NCBI GenBank assembly: GCA_964580285.1
Contig: CAZOKB010000001.1
Location: forward strand, 9,366-73,365
Source of the DNA: an uncultured Bdellovibrionales bacterium
GTDB taxonomy: Bacteria > Patescibacteriota > Minisyncoccia > Moranbacterales > UBA1568
Length of the DNA stretch: 64,000 nucleotides
Direction: 5' to 3'
Shown here: one piece after another, positions 38,649 through 47,876 of the stretch
How positions within the stretch are numbered: position 1 is the first letter of the stretch
Layout: each line of letters begins with the position of its first letter
Translations under genes and position numbers: made by a program
Notes under the pieces: generated by a model
What the model was told of the DNA's origin: nothing
Database searches by the model: none
Seen by the model: only the letters and a program-made list of their open reading frames with translations

Positions 38649-39953
38649 ATGCGTAAGAGAATACTCGAAAACATACTCAGAATGATGGCACGGGTACTGC
38701 TGCGTAAATACCGTCCATTAGTGGTGGGTATTACCGGATCAGTGGGCAAAAGTTCGACGAAAGAGGCCGTCGGCTTGGTTTTGGCTCGCAGGTATAGCGT
38801 TCAGGTAGCGGAGGGGAATTATAATAATGAGATCGGTATACCACTTTCTGTTATGGGCGCAAAAAGCGGAGGGCGTTCGGTGTGGCGCTGGGCGTTAGTG
38901 TTTGTCCGCTGGTTTGGGTATGTGGTGCTGCCGCTCCGGTATCCGGAAGTACTGGTACTCGAAATGGGAATCGATCACCCGGGAGATATGGAATACCTGC
39001 TCTCGTTTGTGCCGGTGGATATTGGGATTTTTACTCAGGTATCCGGGAGTCACGCGGCACATTTTGGTTCTTTAGCGAATATTGCTCGAGAGAAAGGGAA
39101 ACTTATTACTGGTCTGCCAGCATCTGGGTTTGCAATTTTAAATGCTGATGATGAACGAGTGATGCGTTTTCAAGAAAAAACCAAAGCGAAAACGATAACC
39201 TTTGGTTTTGGTGATAAAGCGGATGTACGAGCCGAGCATGTTGTATTGGAACCAGAGGCAAGATTGGTGAAGGGAATTACATTCAAGATGAATTATCGAG
39301 GAAAATCTTTACCGGTACGTTTACCAAAAATCGTCGCCGCGCACCATGTATCAGCCGCGCTGGCTGCTGCTGCTGTGGGGATTGCTCTGAAAATAAATCC
39401 CGTCGAAATAGTTGACGCATTGGCTTCTTTCGAACCTTTGCCGGGGCGGATGCGTTTATTGCCAGGAGTACGTGGAAGCATTCTTTTAGACGATACCTAT
39501 AATGCTTCACCTACCTCAACAACAGCAGCCTTGACGGTCTTACAGGCCCTCCGTGCCGAAAGAAAAATAGTAGTGCTGGGGGATATGCTCGAGCTGGGTA
39601 ATGAAGCGGATATGCGACATCGAGAACTTTTTCCTTGGGTCGAGCGTTCAGGAGCTGAACGTATTGTTTTGGTAGGGCAACACATGCGTGCTTTGTGCCG
39701 GACTTTGATTGAAGCGGGATGGTCGGAAGAACAGGTGTTTTGGTTTGAACAGAGCGATATGGCGGCAGCCTTTGTGGTGACGCTGGTACAGGATGGAGAT
39801 CTTGTCTTGATTAAGGGATCGCGTGGGATACGAATGGAATGGGTATCCGAGAAACTTTTGTTTGATCCGAATGAAGCTAAAAATTTTCTCTGTTGCCAGT
39901 CCTCTGAATGGCGTAATCATCCTTTTGTTCCTCCGGCGGAGTGGATGGGTTGA
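38649..39953 (+). CDS. murF: UDP-MurNAc-tripeptide-D-Ala-D-Ala ligase
   Basis: ITGSVGKSSTKE, NNEIG, DTYNASP, LGDMLELG, IKGSR. Confidence 0.93.
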   Translation: MRKRILENILRMMARVLLRKYRPLVVGITGSVGKSSTKEAVGLVLARRYSVQVAEGNYNNEIGIPLSVMGAKSGGRSVWRWALVFVRWFGYVVLPLRYPEVLVLEMGIDHPGDMEYLLSFVPVDIGIFTQVSGSHAAHFGSLANIAREKGKLITGLPASGFAILNADDERVMRFQEKTKAKTITFGFGDKADVRAEHVVLEPEARLVKGITFKMNYRGKSLPVRLPKIVAAHHVSAALAAAAVGIALKINPVEIVDALASFEPLPGRMRLLPGVRGSILLDDTYNASPTSTTAALTVLQALRAERKIVVLGDMLELGNEADMRHRELFPWVERSGAERIVLVGQHMRALCRTLIEAGWSEEQVFWFEQSDMAAAFVVTLVQDGDLVLIKGSRGIRMEWVSEKLLFDPNEAKNFLCCQSSEWRNHPFVPPAEWMG

Positions 39954-40006
39954 AACAGGAGTGTTGGTGAGAGGTCGGGCTATATAATTTTTTTCGGAAT
40001 GCTAGT

Positions 40007-40927
40007 ATGGATATTTTCTCGATGGTGCTCATCGTTATTGGTCTCGTGCTGTTTGAGTCGATATCGAGTATCGATAATGCCATCATCAATGCGGATGTCC
40101 TTTCAACGATGGGGGCGAAGGCTCGCCGATTTTTTGTGACGTGGGGGGTATTCATCGCGGTCTTTCTGGTCCGAGGGCTCTTGCCGTGGGTCATCGTCTG
40201 GGCGACGGTTCCGAGTCTTGGGTTCATCGGGGCGTTTACAGCTATGTTCTCGAATGATCCGGGTGTGCATGGAGCGATTGAAGTGGCTGCACCTATCCTG
40301 CTCATGGGCGGCGGTGTTTTCCTTCTATTCTTGTTCCTGCATTGGATATTTCTGGAAGACAAATGTATCGGGTTCCACTGTGAGCGCTTCGCAGAACGGC
40401 ATGGAGTGTGGTTTTATGCGATCGTCTCGATGACGCTCTCTATGATCGTTTGGTATGCGTTGCAGCAGAATCCAATGGTGGCCTTCGGGGCTGTGGTGGG
40501 ATCAACAATGTTCTTCATCACGCATGGTTTTAGGCTGCAGGCTGAGAAGGCGGAAGAGGAACTCAAGTCATCCTCTCTATCTGATTGGAGCAAAATTCTT
40601 TTTCTCGAGGTCATCGATCTCTCGTTCTCGATTGATGGAGTGCTTGGTGCTTTCGCCTTCACGATGTCGGTCCCGCTCATCCTGATCGGCAATGGTATCG
40701 GGGCAATCATCGTCCGGCAGCTGACACTCATGAATGTCGAGCGGGTGAAGCGGTATGTCTATCTTAAGAACGGAGCCATGTATTCCATCCTCATACTGGG
40801 AAGTATCATGGTGTTGGAGGGATTCCGGGTGCATGTGCCCGAGTGGCTGGCGCCGGTGGCGACGATCCTGATCATCGGATATTTCTTCGCTCGTTCTAAG
40901 CGGGAAATCCGTCTCGCGGCAAATTGA
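40007..40927 (+). CDS. TerC-like (DUF475) membrane protein
   Basis: SIDNA, LEVIDLSFSIDGV, YLKNGA motifs. Confidence 0.85.
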   Translation: MDIFSMVLIVIGLVLFESISSIDNAIINADVLSTMGAKARRFFVTWGVFIAVFLVRGLLPWVIVWATVPSLGFIGAFTAMFSNDPGVHGAIEVAAPILLMGGGVFLLFLFLHWIFLEDKCIGFHCERFAERHGVWFYAIVSMTLSMIVWYALQQNPMVAFGAVVGSTMFFITHGFRLQAEKAEEELKSSSLSDWSKILFLEVIDLSFSIDGVLGAFAFTMSVPLILIGNGIGAIIVRQLTLMNVERVKRYVYLKNGAMYSILILGSIMVLEGFRVHVPEWLAPVATILIIGYFFARSKREIRLAAN

Positions 40928-41004
40928 CAAACCAGGGGCTCGGGGTACAATACGGAGAGGAGGCGATAGCTTTCCGCTAACGGTTAATCGGTGATAGTAA
41001 GCCT

Positions 41005-41361
41005 ATGACGGACAATATGATGGACAGGGAATTCGTCGAGTATGTGGTGAAGATGCTCGTGGATAATCCGGAAGATGTGAAGGTGGAGCGGAAGATCGAT
41101 GAGATGGGTGTGCTGATTACGCTTGATGTGAATCCGAAAGATATGGGTATGGTGATCGGCCGCGAGGGTATGACGGCCAAGGCATTGCGTACCTTGCTCC
41201 GAGTTATCGGGGCACGTAATAATGCTCGTGTCAATCTGAAGATCAATGAGCCGGAAGGATCGGATCGGGGGCATCGCGAACCGCGTGAAGAGAAGCCGGT
41301 GTCAGTGGAGGAGCCGACCAAGCGTTCGCTCGATGATGTGATGAATGAAATTCAGGGATAA
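41005..41361 (+). CDS. khpA: KH-domain RNA-binding protein KhpA
   Basis: LVDNPEDV..DMGMVIGREG.TAKALRTLL; own promoter TTGACA-16-TACAAT (40924-40951) and a terminator at about 41372-41402. Confidence 0.9.
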   Translation: MTDNMMDREFVEYVVKMLVDNPEDVKVERKIDEMGVLITLDVNPKDMGMVIGREGMTAKALRTLLRVIGARNNARVNLKINEPEGSDRGHREPREEKPVSVEEPTKRSLDDVMNEIQG

Positions 41362-41449
41362 AGCTAAAAAATAAACCGTTCCAGACGATGGGGCGGTTTT
41401 TTGTTTGTGTTACAATGGCAGAGAAACGTCGCGCACGCCTTTTTACCTT

Positions 41450-41989
41450 ATGGAAGTACAAACTTTTGCAATTGAAGGATTGAAATTGTTTATACCACGC
41501 GTGTTCAGTGATGCTCGCGGATATTTCTTTGAATCATTTCAGCGAGAACGCTACCGAGAACATGGAGTTCCTGTCGATGATCTTCTGCAAGAGAATGTTT
41601 CAAGATCTTCTCGGAATGTCTTGCGAGGGTTGCATTTCCAACGGCCGCCGATGGCACAGGGGAAATTTGTGCAGGTGTTGTACGGGCGGGTGATAGATGT
41701 AGCGGTAGATCTGCGGCCTGATTCTCAGACGTATGGAAAGCACGTGATGGTAGAACTTTCAGAAGAGAATCATGCTCAGTTTTGGGTTCCAGCCGGATTC
41801 GCTCATGGATTCTTGGCGCTTGAGGATGAAACCGTATTTACTTATAAGGTAACCGCCCTGTACTCTCCGGAACATGATGGTGGGGTACTCTGGAACGATC
41901 CAGACCTGGGTATACAGTGGCCAGTGAAAAACCCGGTAGTTTCAGAAAAAGATGCGAGACTACCTTTGTTCAAAGATTTGCCTCGTTAA
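41450..41989 (+). CDS. rfbC: dTDP-4-dehydrorhamnose 3,5-epimerase
   Basis: DARGYFFES, LRGLHFQ, GFAHGF. Confidence 0.95.
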   Translation: MEVQTFAIEGLKLFIPRVFSDARGYFFESFQRERYREHGVPVDDLLQENVSRSSRNVLRGLHFQRPPMAQGKFVQVLYGRVIDVAVDLRPDSQTYGKHVMVELSEENHAQFWVPAGFAHGFLALEDETVFTYKVTALYSPEHDGGVLWNDPDLGIQWPVKNPVVSEKDARLPLFKDLPR

Positions 41990-42012
41990 ATACATCAATA
42001 TTTTTTCCGATT

Positions 42013-43017
42013 ATGAAGCTACTTATCACGGGGGGAGCGGGATTTATCGGTTCGAATTTTATTCACTTTATTCTCGAAAACAACCCGGAGATTTCGGTGA
42101 TTAACCTGGATGCGCTTACGTATGCGGGCAATCTGGAAAACGTGAAGCGCTGGGATGGCGATGCACGCTACCGGTTTGTGAAGGGAGATATCTGTGATGC
42201 GACTCTGGTGGATACTCTCGTACCAGGAGTGGATACGATCGTGCACTTTGCGGCTGAGTCACATGTCGATCGTTCGATCCTTGGACCAGAAGCCTTTGTC
42301 CGAACGAATGTCTTTGGGACGTTTACTCTTTTGGAAGCAGCGAGAAAACATGGGAATAAGCGCTTTCACCACGTCTCGACTGATGAAGTCTTTGGGGCGT
42401 TGAAACCGGAAGATGAGCCGTTCAGTGAAACAACCCCGTACGATCCACGCAGTCCCTATAGCGCGTCCAAGGCGAGTTCGGACCATCTCGTACGAGCCTA
42501 TTTCCATACCTACGGCTTGCCGATCACGATTTCCAATTGCTCGAATAATTACGGGCCGTATCACTTTCCGGAGAAGCTGATCCCGCTCGCGATTACTAAT
42601 CTTGTGGAAGGGAAACCTGTGCCGGTGTATGGCGATGGCCAGCAGGTACGTGATTGGCTCTATGTCGAAGATCATGCTCGTGCCATTGCGCTCATTCTCG
42701 AGAAAGGAAAAATCGGTGAAACCTACTGTGTGGGCGGCAATGGTGAACGCGAAAATCTTTGGATTGTGAAACAGTTGCTTGCGTTGCTCGGGCAGGATGA
42801 AAGTGTGATCGAATACGTTAAAGATCGAGCGGGGCATGATCGTCGTTACGCGATCAATTTTGACAAGATCAAGCATGAGCTCGGCTGGGAACCGTCAGTA
42901 GATCTGGAAACCGGACTTGTAAAAACAGTGAAATGGTTCAAAGAAAATGAGAGTTGGTGGAAAAACGTAAAGAGCGGGGAATATCAGAAATATTACGAGA
43001 CTCAGTATGGAAAGTAA
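42013..43017 (+). CDS. rfbB: dTDP-glucose 4,6-dehydratase
   Basis: GGAGFIG, AAESHVDRS, STDEV, YSASK, GHDRRY. Confidence 0.97.
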   Translation: MKLLITGGAGFIGSNFIHFILENNPEISVINLDALTYAGNLENVKRWDGDARYRFVKGDICDATLVDTLVPGVDTIVHFAAESHVDRSILGPEAFVRTNVFGTFTLLEAARKHGNKRFHHVSTDEVFGALKPEDEPFSETTPYDPRSPYSASKASSDHLVRAYFHTYGLPITISNCSNNYGPYHFPEKLIPLAITNLVEGKPVPVYGDGQQVRDWLYVEDHARAIALILEKGKIGETYCVGGNGERENLWIVKQLLALLGQDESVIEYVKDRAGHDRRYAINFDKIKHELGWEPSVDLETGLVKTVKWFKENESWWKNVKSGEYQKYYETQYGK

Positions 43018-43882
43018 GCGAAGAGTGTTGATACTCGGGGCGAAGGGGATGCTGGGGCAAGAGCTCGTGCGGGTGTACCAGGAGGACGAGGCGTACGAAG
43101 TGGCGGCGTGGGATATCGAGGATATTGATGTCACGGATTTTTCTGGAGCGGAAAAGAAGATCCGGGAGTGTGATCCGGCACTCATCGTGAATGCGGTGGC
43201 GTACAATGCCGTGGATCAGTGTGAAGAAAACGAAGAGGAATACCAGAAAGCGCTTCTCTTGAATGCCGAGGTGCCAAAGTTCTTGGCTGAGTTGGCCAAG
43301 AAGATCGAGGCGGCATTCATCCACTACTCAACCGACTACGTGTTTGATGGGGAGAGTGAACAGGGATATGCGGAAGATGCTTTACCGCGGCCACTCTCGA
43401 AATACGGGATGAGTAAATGGGAAGGAGAAAAAAATGTGATTGCGGTGGGTGGCTATGTTTATGTTATCCGGCTTTCCAAGCTCTTCGGTAAGCCGGCATC
43501 ATCCGCAATCGGTAAGAAGAGTTTTTTTGAAAAGATGCTCGAGATTGCCAGAGAGAAAAAAGAAGTGACGGTAGTAGATGATGAAAAAAGTTGTTTTACC
43601 TACGCGCCGGATTTGGCGCTCGCGAGCAAGGTGCTGGAGCAGCACGTGGCGCCCTACGGCATCTACCATCTCGTCAACGAAGGAACGGTGACCTGGTATG
43701 AAGCGGCACAAGAGCTCTTCCGATTGGCCGGCGTATCAGTAGCCGTGAAGCCGGTCGCTCCCGAAGCTTTTCCTCGTCCAGCCCAGCGGCCGCGCTGCTC
43801 CGAGCTCTTGAATATGAAATTCATCCCGCTCCGCCCGTATACGGAAGCGCTCGAAGAATTTCTGAAGCAGCGGGAGGCGTGA
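43007..43882 (+). CDS. rfbD: dTDP-4-dehydrorhamnose reductase
   Basis: GAKGMLG, STDYVFDG, YGMSK. Confidence 0.93.
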   Translation: MESKRRVLILGAKGMLGQELVRVYQEDEAYEVAAWDIEDIDVTDFSGAEKKIRECDPALIVNAVAYNAVDQCEENEEEYQKALLLNAEVPKFLAELAKKIEAAFIHYSTDYVFDGESEQGYAEDALPRPLSKYGMSKWEGEKNVIAVGGYVYVIRLSKLFGKPASSAIGKKSFFEKMLEIAREKKEVTVVDDEKSCFTYAPDLALASKVLEQHVAPYGIYHLVNEGTVTWYEAAQELFRLAGVSVAVKPVAPEAFPRPAQRPRCSELLNMKFIPLRPYTEALEEFLKQREA

Positions 43883-43896
43883 TGATTTTTATGGAA

Positions 43897-43947
43897 ATAA
43901 AACAGCCCTGGGATACCTGTGCGTGTTGCACATGGTATCCGCAGGGC
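43897..43947 (-). terminator. Large hairpin terminator between rfbD and the orphan operon
   Basis: GCCCTG-GGATACC-TGTGC..GCACA-GGTATCC-CAGGGC, T-rich tail on the - strand. Confidence 0.7.
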
Positions 43948-43974
43948 GGTAGACAGCGGTAGCAGTTGGGCTGA

Positions 43975-44430
43975 TCAGTGGATCAGATGCTGCGGATTGT
44001 TGAGGCCGTAGAGGATGATTCGGCCGAGATGCGCCGGCATGTTGCCGGTCGGTGTGTCGCGCTGGACTTCTATTTTGCAGTTATCGAACCTAGAGTAGGG
44101 ATAACCACCACCTATGGTACGTACGAGAGACAAAACGTTAATCTGGTATCCATGAAGGGATTGGCTAGCGTTTTGTTCGACCAGGAATGCGAACTTGATT
44201 TCCGGTCGCAGAGTGCCTGGCATATCGACGACACAGAGTACGAGGTCGTTCGGTTGAACAGTCTTGAGTGTTTCCAAATTCTGTGCCTGATAGGAGACCG
44301 GCGCTGATGTCGCGTTGGGCTGCGATGCCCAATTGATAGCAGCGATGATGATCATTGCTGCTATGGCTACGCCGATGACGGCGAGTGGTATGAGGTATGG
44401 CAACAGTGAGTCAGGCTTCTTGATAAACAT
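43975..44430 (-). CDS. Orphan membrane-anchored protein (151 aa)
   Basis: AAGGAG SD; MFIKKPDS.. followed by a TM helix. Confidence 0.7.
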   Translation of the reverse strand: MFIKKPDSLLPYLIPLAVIGVAIAAMIIIAAINWASQPNATSAPVSYQAQNLETLKTVQPNDLVLCVVDMPGTLRPEIKFAFLVEQNASQSLHGYQINVLSLVRTIGGGYPYSRFDNCKIEVQRDTPTGNMPAHLGRIILYGLNNPQHLIH

Positions 44431-44461
44431 GAGCATCTCCTTCAGGTAATTGTGGAATGAC

Positions 44462-44737
44462 TCAGTGATTTTTCCAGACAACCTTGATTGCTGGGAAGAT
44501 GAAACCGCACGTAAACGCAACTGGTCCGCCGAGAATGAGAAACGACAGGGTGGGAACCGGGATACCTTGGCCCATGGCGATGAGCCACAGGAGACATGCT
44601 AGGAAAAACCAGTGCACAGCCGGCATGCCAGTAACTTTCAGTTGACTTTTTTCCATCGGCCGCTGAGTCAACCAGCCGAAGATGCCGATGATGAATAGGA
44701 TGGCGACGACGAAGACGGTTGCAAGCAGTGAAGACAT
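44462..44737 (-). CDS. Orphan three-TM protein (91 aa)
   Basis: GAGGAG SD; promoter TTGACT-17-TAAAAT at 44845-44817. Confidence 0.75.
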   Translation of the reverse strand: MSSLLATVFVVAILFIIGIFGWLTQRPMEKSQLKVTGMPAVHWFFLACLLWLIAMGQGIPVPTLSFLILGGPVAFTCGFIFPAIKVVWKNH

Positions 44738-44924
44738 GAGAATCTCCTCTCAGATCCGGATTGGTCCTCCGGAGTGGGTTGTTAAGCTACAAAATCTAGA
44801 TTTCTCTAGAAATTACATTTTAGCATAAATACTTGAAAAAGTCAATGGTGTAGGAAAGACGGTTTTTTGCTACCATTGAGGTGTTTTTTGGTGCGGAATT
44901 TAATCATTTCTGATGTTCTGAATT

Positions 44925-46178
44925 ATGAAGCATGATCTTCTGAAGAAGGCGGATAAGCAGGTGTATGCAGCGGTGATAGGTGAAGAAAAACGGCAGGAGG
45001 AGGGGCTTGAGATGATCGCTTCGGAGAACTATGTTTCGAAAGCGGTGCTCGAAGCGCTCGGAACGGTGTTTACGAACAAGTATTCCGAAGGCTATCCGGG
45101 ACGGCGCTACTATGGTGGACAAGAATATACAGATGTTGTTGAGACCTTGGCGATTGAGCGAGTGAAGAAACTCTTTGGAGCCGAACATGCTAATGCCCAG
45201 CCACACTCTGGTGCCCAAGCTAACTTAGCGGTGTACGCAGCGCTCTTGGAACCGGGAGATACGGTGCTTGGTATGGATCTTTCCCATGGTGGGCACTTGA
45301 CCCACGGGCATCCGGTGACACTGCCGGCCAAGGTGTATAATTTTGTCCGCTACAAAACAGAACCGGATGGCACGATCGATTATAAGAAACTCGAGGCGTT
45401 AGCTAAAGAGGTGAAGCCAAAGCTGATGCTGGCGGGTTTCTCTTCCTATACTCGGCAAATTGATTATGAAAAATTCGTGAAGATTGCCAAGAAGGTGAAG
45501 GCGCTCACCATGATGGACATGGCGCATATTGCCGGTCTCGTAGCCGGAAAAGCATTGCCAAACCCAGTCGAATACTTTGATGTTGTCACAGCGACAACGC
45601 ATAAGACTTTACGTGGACCACGGGGAGGGCTCATTCTCTGTCGCGAAAAATACGCAAGCGCAATCAATAAGGCGGTGTTTCCGGGAACACAGGGTGGGCC
45701 GCATATGCACGTGGTGGCTGCTAAGGCAGTAGCCTTTGGGGAAGCTCTGAAGCCAGACTTTAAGAAGTATGCCAAGCAGATTCTCAAGAATGCGAAAGTG
45801 CTCGAGAAGGAATTAACTAAGGCGGGAGCGCAGATCTTGTTTGGTGGAACAGAAAACCATATGCTGGTGATCGACACGGTGGCGAGTTACGGTCTTTCTG
45901 GGAAAGAAGCAGAACACCGGCTGGATGCGATCGGTATCACCGTGAACAAGAATGTGATTCCGGATGATCCGCGCGGACCACTCGATCCATCGGGACTACG
46001 GATTGGTGTGCCGGCGATCACGACGCGCGGAATGAAAGAAGCTGAGACTCGATTGATTGCTCGTGCAATAGCGCGTATGTTGCAGGTATCGGCGGATGAC
46101 AAGGAATATAAGCGGCTCTGCACGGCGCTCCGCAAGGAAATCATGCAACTGTGCAAGCAGTTCCCATTGTATAAGTGA
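44925..46178 (+). CDS. glyA: Serine hydroxymethyltransferase
   Basis: IASEN, YSEGYPGRRYYGG, HGGHLTHG, TTHKTLRGPRGG. Confidence 0.98.
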   Translation: MKHDLLKKADKQVYAAVIGEEKRQEEGLEMIASENYVSKAVLEALGTVFTNKYSEGYPGRRYYGGQEYTDVVETLAIERVKKLFGAEHANAQPHSGAQANLAVYAALLEPGDTVLGMDLSHGGHLTHGHPVTLPAKVYNFVRYKTEPDGTIDYKKLEALAKEVKPKLMLAGFSSYTRQIDYEKFVKIAKKVKALTMMDMAHIAGLVAGKALPNPVEYFDVVTATTHKTLRGPRGGLILCREKYASAINKAVFPGTQGGPHMHVVAAKAVAFGEALKPDFKKYAKQILKNAKVLEKELTKAGAQILFGGTENHMLVIDTVASYGLSGKEAEHRLDAIGITVNKNVIPDDPRGPLDPSGLRIGVPAITTRGMKEAETRLIARAIARMLQVSADDKEYKRLCTALRKEIMQLCKQFPLYK

Positions 46179-46195
46179 ACATTTTTCTCGGGGGT

Positions 46196-46279
46196 TTTTG
46201 GGTTACGAAGGCAGATTTTCCCCTCGCTATCGCCTCGGAAGTCTCGGGCAGCAGGGAAAACCTCTTTCGCAACCCAAAA
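46196..46279 (-). repeat. Hairpin repeat family copy 5
   Basis: TTTTGGGTTACGAAG..GCTATCGCCTCGGAAGTCTCGGGCA..TTTCGCAACCCAAAA. Confidence 0.9.
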
Positions 46280-46376
46280 GCAATCCTTTATCAAGCATGA
46301 TAATTTATGAGGGGAGAAAAAAATGCTGATGAATCTCTAGGAAGCTAGGCAGCTAAAAACTAAGCAGCTATCAAAT

Positions 46377-47165
46377 ATGAAAGGCATTATTCTCGCGGGC
46401 GGTACTGGGACCCGGCTCCTGCCGCTCACGTCGATTATCTCGAAGCAGCTCCTGCCGGTGTACGATCGTCAGATGATCTTCTATCCGATCAACACGCTCA
46501 TCACGGCGGGTATCACGGATATTCTCATCGTCGTCTCGCCGGCCAACTCGGGTGACTATCTCAATCTGCTCGGTTCTATGTTTCAGAAACAGGGTGTCCG
46601 GATCTCGTTCGTGGTGCAGAAGCGACCAGGAGGGCTACCTGAGGCATTTATTCTGGGCGAGGATTTTCTGGATGGCGGTCCGGCCACACTCGTACTCGGT
46701 GACAATATCTTTGAAGACGATTTTTCCGAGGCGATACGGACATTCGAATCAGGGGGGCGGATTTTTGCGAAGGAGGTGTCTGATCCGGAGCGCTTTGGTG
46801 TGGTGGAGTTCGACGCTGACGGGAAAGTGCTTTCTATTGAGGAAAAGCCATCAGTACCCAAGAGCCGCTTCGCTATTCCGGGAGTGTATATTTTTGATGG
46901 TAATGTTTCAAAGGTGGCTCAAACGCTTACTCCTTCAGGGCGCGGAGAATTGGAAATCGTGGATATCCATACACACTATCTCAATCAAGGGACATTGGAT
47001 GTTCGATCAATATCTGGGGCTTGGTTTGATACTGGGACGCATGATGCTTTGCTTGAGGCAAGCGTGTATGTGAAAGAGAAAAAGATGGGAGAAGCCTTTC
47101 ATCCTCTAGTGAATGCAGCGATCAAAGAATTTAATGCGGAATGGAAGAAGCTCGTTTCTCTCTAA
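46377..47165 (+). CDS. rfbA: Glucose-1-phosphate thymidylyltransferase (short form)
   Basis: GIILAGGTGTRL, KQLLPVYD, LGDN, EEKP, RGELEI, WFDTGT. Confidence 0.93.
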   Translation: MKGIILAGGTGTRLLPLTSIISKQLLPVYDRQMIFYPINTLITAGITDILIVVSPANSGDYLNLLGSMFQKQGVRISFVVQKRPGGLPEAFILGEDFLDGGPATLVLGDNIFEDDFSEAIRTFESGGRIFAKEVSDPERFGVVEFDADGKVLSIEEKPSVPKSRFAIPGVYIFDGNVSKVAQTLTPSGRGELEIVDIHTHYLNQGTLDVRSISGAWFDTGTHDALLEASVYVKEKKMGEAFHPLVNAAIKEFNAEWKKLVSL

Positions 47166-47241
47166 AGGTGAACTCAAAAAAAGAAAGGGCCCGGAACAAT
47201 ATGCTTGTTTCGGGCCTTTGTTTTGCGCGCATGCGGATTAC

Positions 47242-47712
47242 TCAGGTAAGCCGTTGCTTGAGCCAGAATCCGATGGTTCCAAGTATGGTGCTGGTAATGA
47301 GCCAGAACAGTACCGAGAGGGGTGTGTGTGGCTCAAGAGTGGAAGTGGTTCCACGGAGAGTGAGGTCAATACCTTCCTTAGTTATGCGGGCAGTGTAAGC
47401 TTGATGGTGCCAGGTTTCCTTGACCGGCATGAATGAAGGTAGGTCGAGTTGGAGATGACTACGCTGGTTGATGTGGGGTCTGCAGGTAATGACATTTCCC
47501 AACTTACGAATCGCTTCTTCAATACAGTCCCGTGGTATATCCGTTGGCAGCCGACCGGACCAGATACGTTGGTCGCCGTCATAGAAAGTAGTGGTTTCGT
47601 TGTGGGTTTCGAAACGTAGGGCTGGAGTGGCGGCTGTGGCGGAAGAGATGGAGAAGCTGTTGCTAATAATCAAACAACAGCAGACAAGAAGAGTAGATAA
47701 GACGTGCGTCAT
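47242..47712 (-). CDS. Orphan secreted/C-terminally anchored protein (156 aa)
   Basis: AGGAGG SD; signal peptide and C-terminal TM with basic tail; promoter TTGACT-17-TAAAAA at 47812-47784; hairpin terminator at about 47176-47225. Confidence 0.75.
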   Translation of the reverse strand: MTHVLSTLLVCCCLIISNSFSISSATAATPALRFETHNETTTFYDGDQRIWSGRLPTDIPRDCIEEAIRKLGNVITCRPHINQRSHLQLDLPSFMPVKETWHHQAYTARITKEGIDLTLRGTTSTLEPHTPLSVLFWLITSTILGTIGFWLKQRLT

Positions 47713-47876
47713 GAGACCTCCTGTGCAGTACGGGATGCGCGATAATGTTTCAAAAGAGCGTATCCGGAATTTCCGGATATTGTTTTTTATCACGAAAGTA
47801 TGAAAAAGTCAATATATACGATAGGTACTTGTTTCGGGTACAATAAAAAAAATGAAGTTGTGTAAGAGAAAATCTT

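Noticed and set aside
44846-44924. Riboswitch upstream of glyA
   Set aside because: The leader is short and AT-rich, with no recognisable ZTP, THF or glycine aptamer.
4631-46279. Repeat family as a CRISPR array or integron attC sites
   Set aside because: Copies are dispersed over 42 kb in both orientations with no regular spacers, no cas or integrase gene, and no consistent RYYYAAC/GTTRRRY ends.
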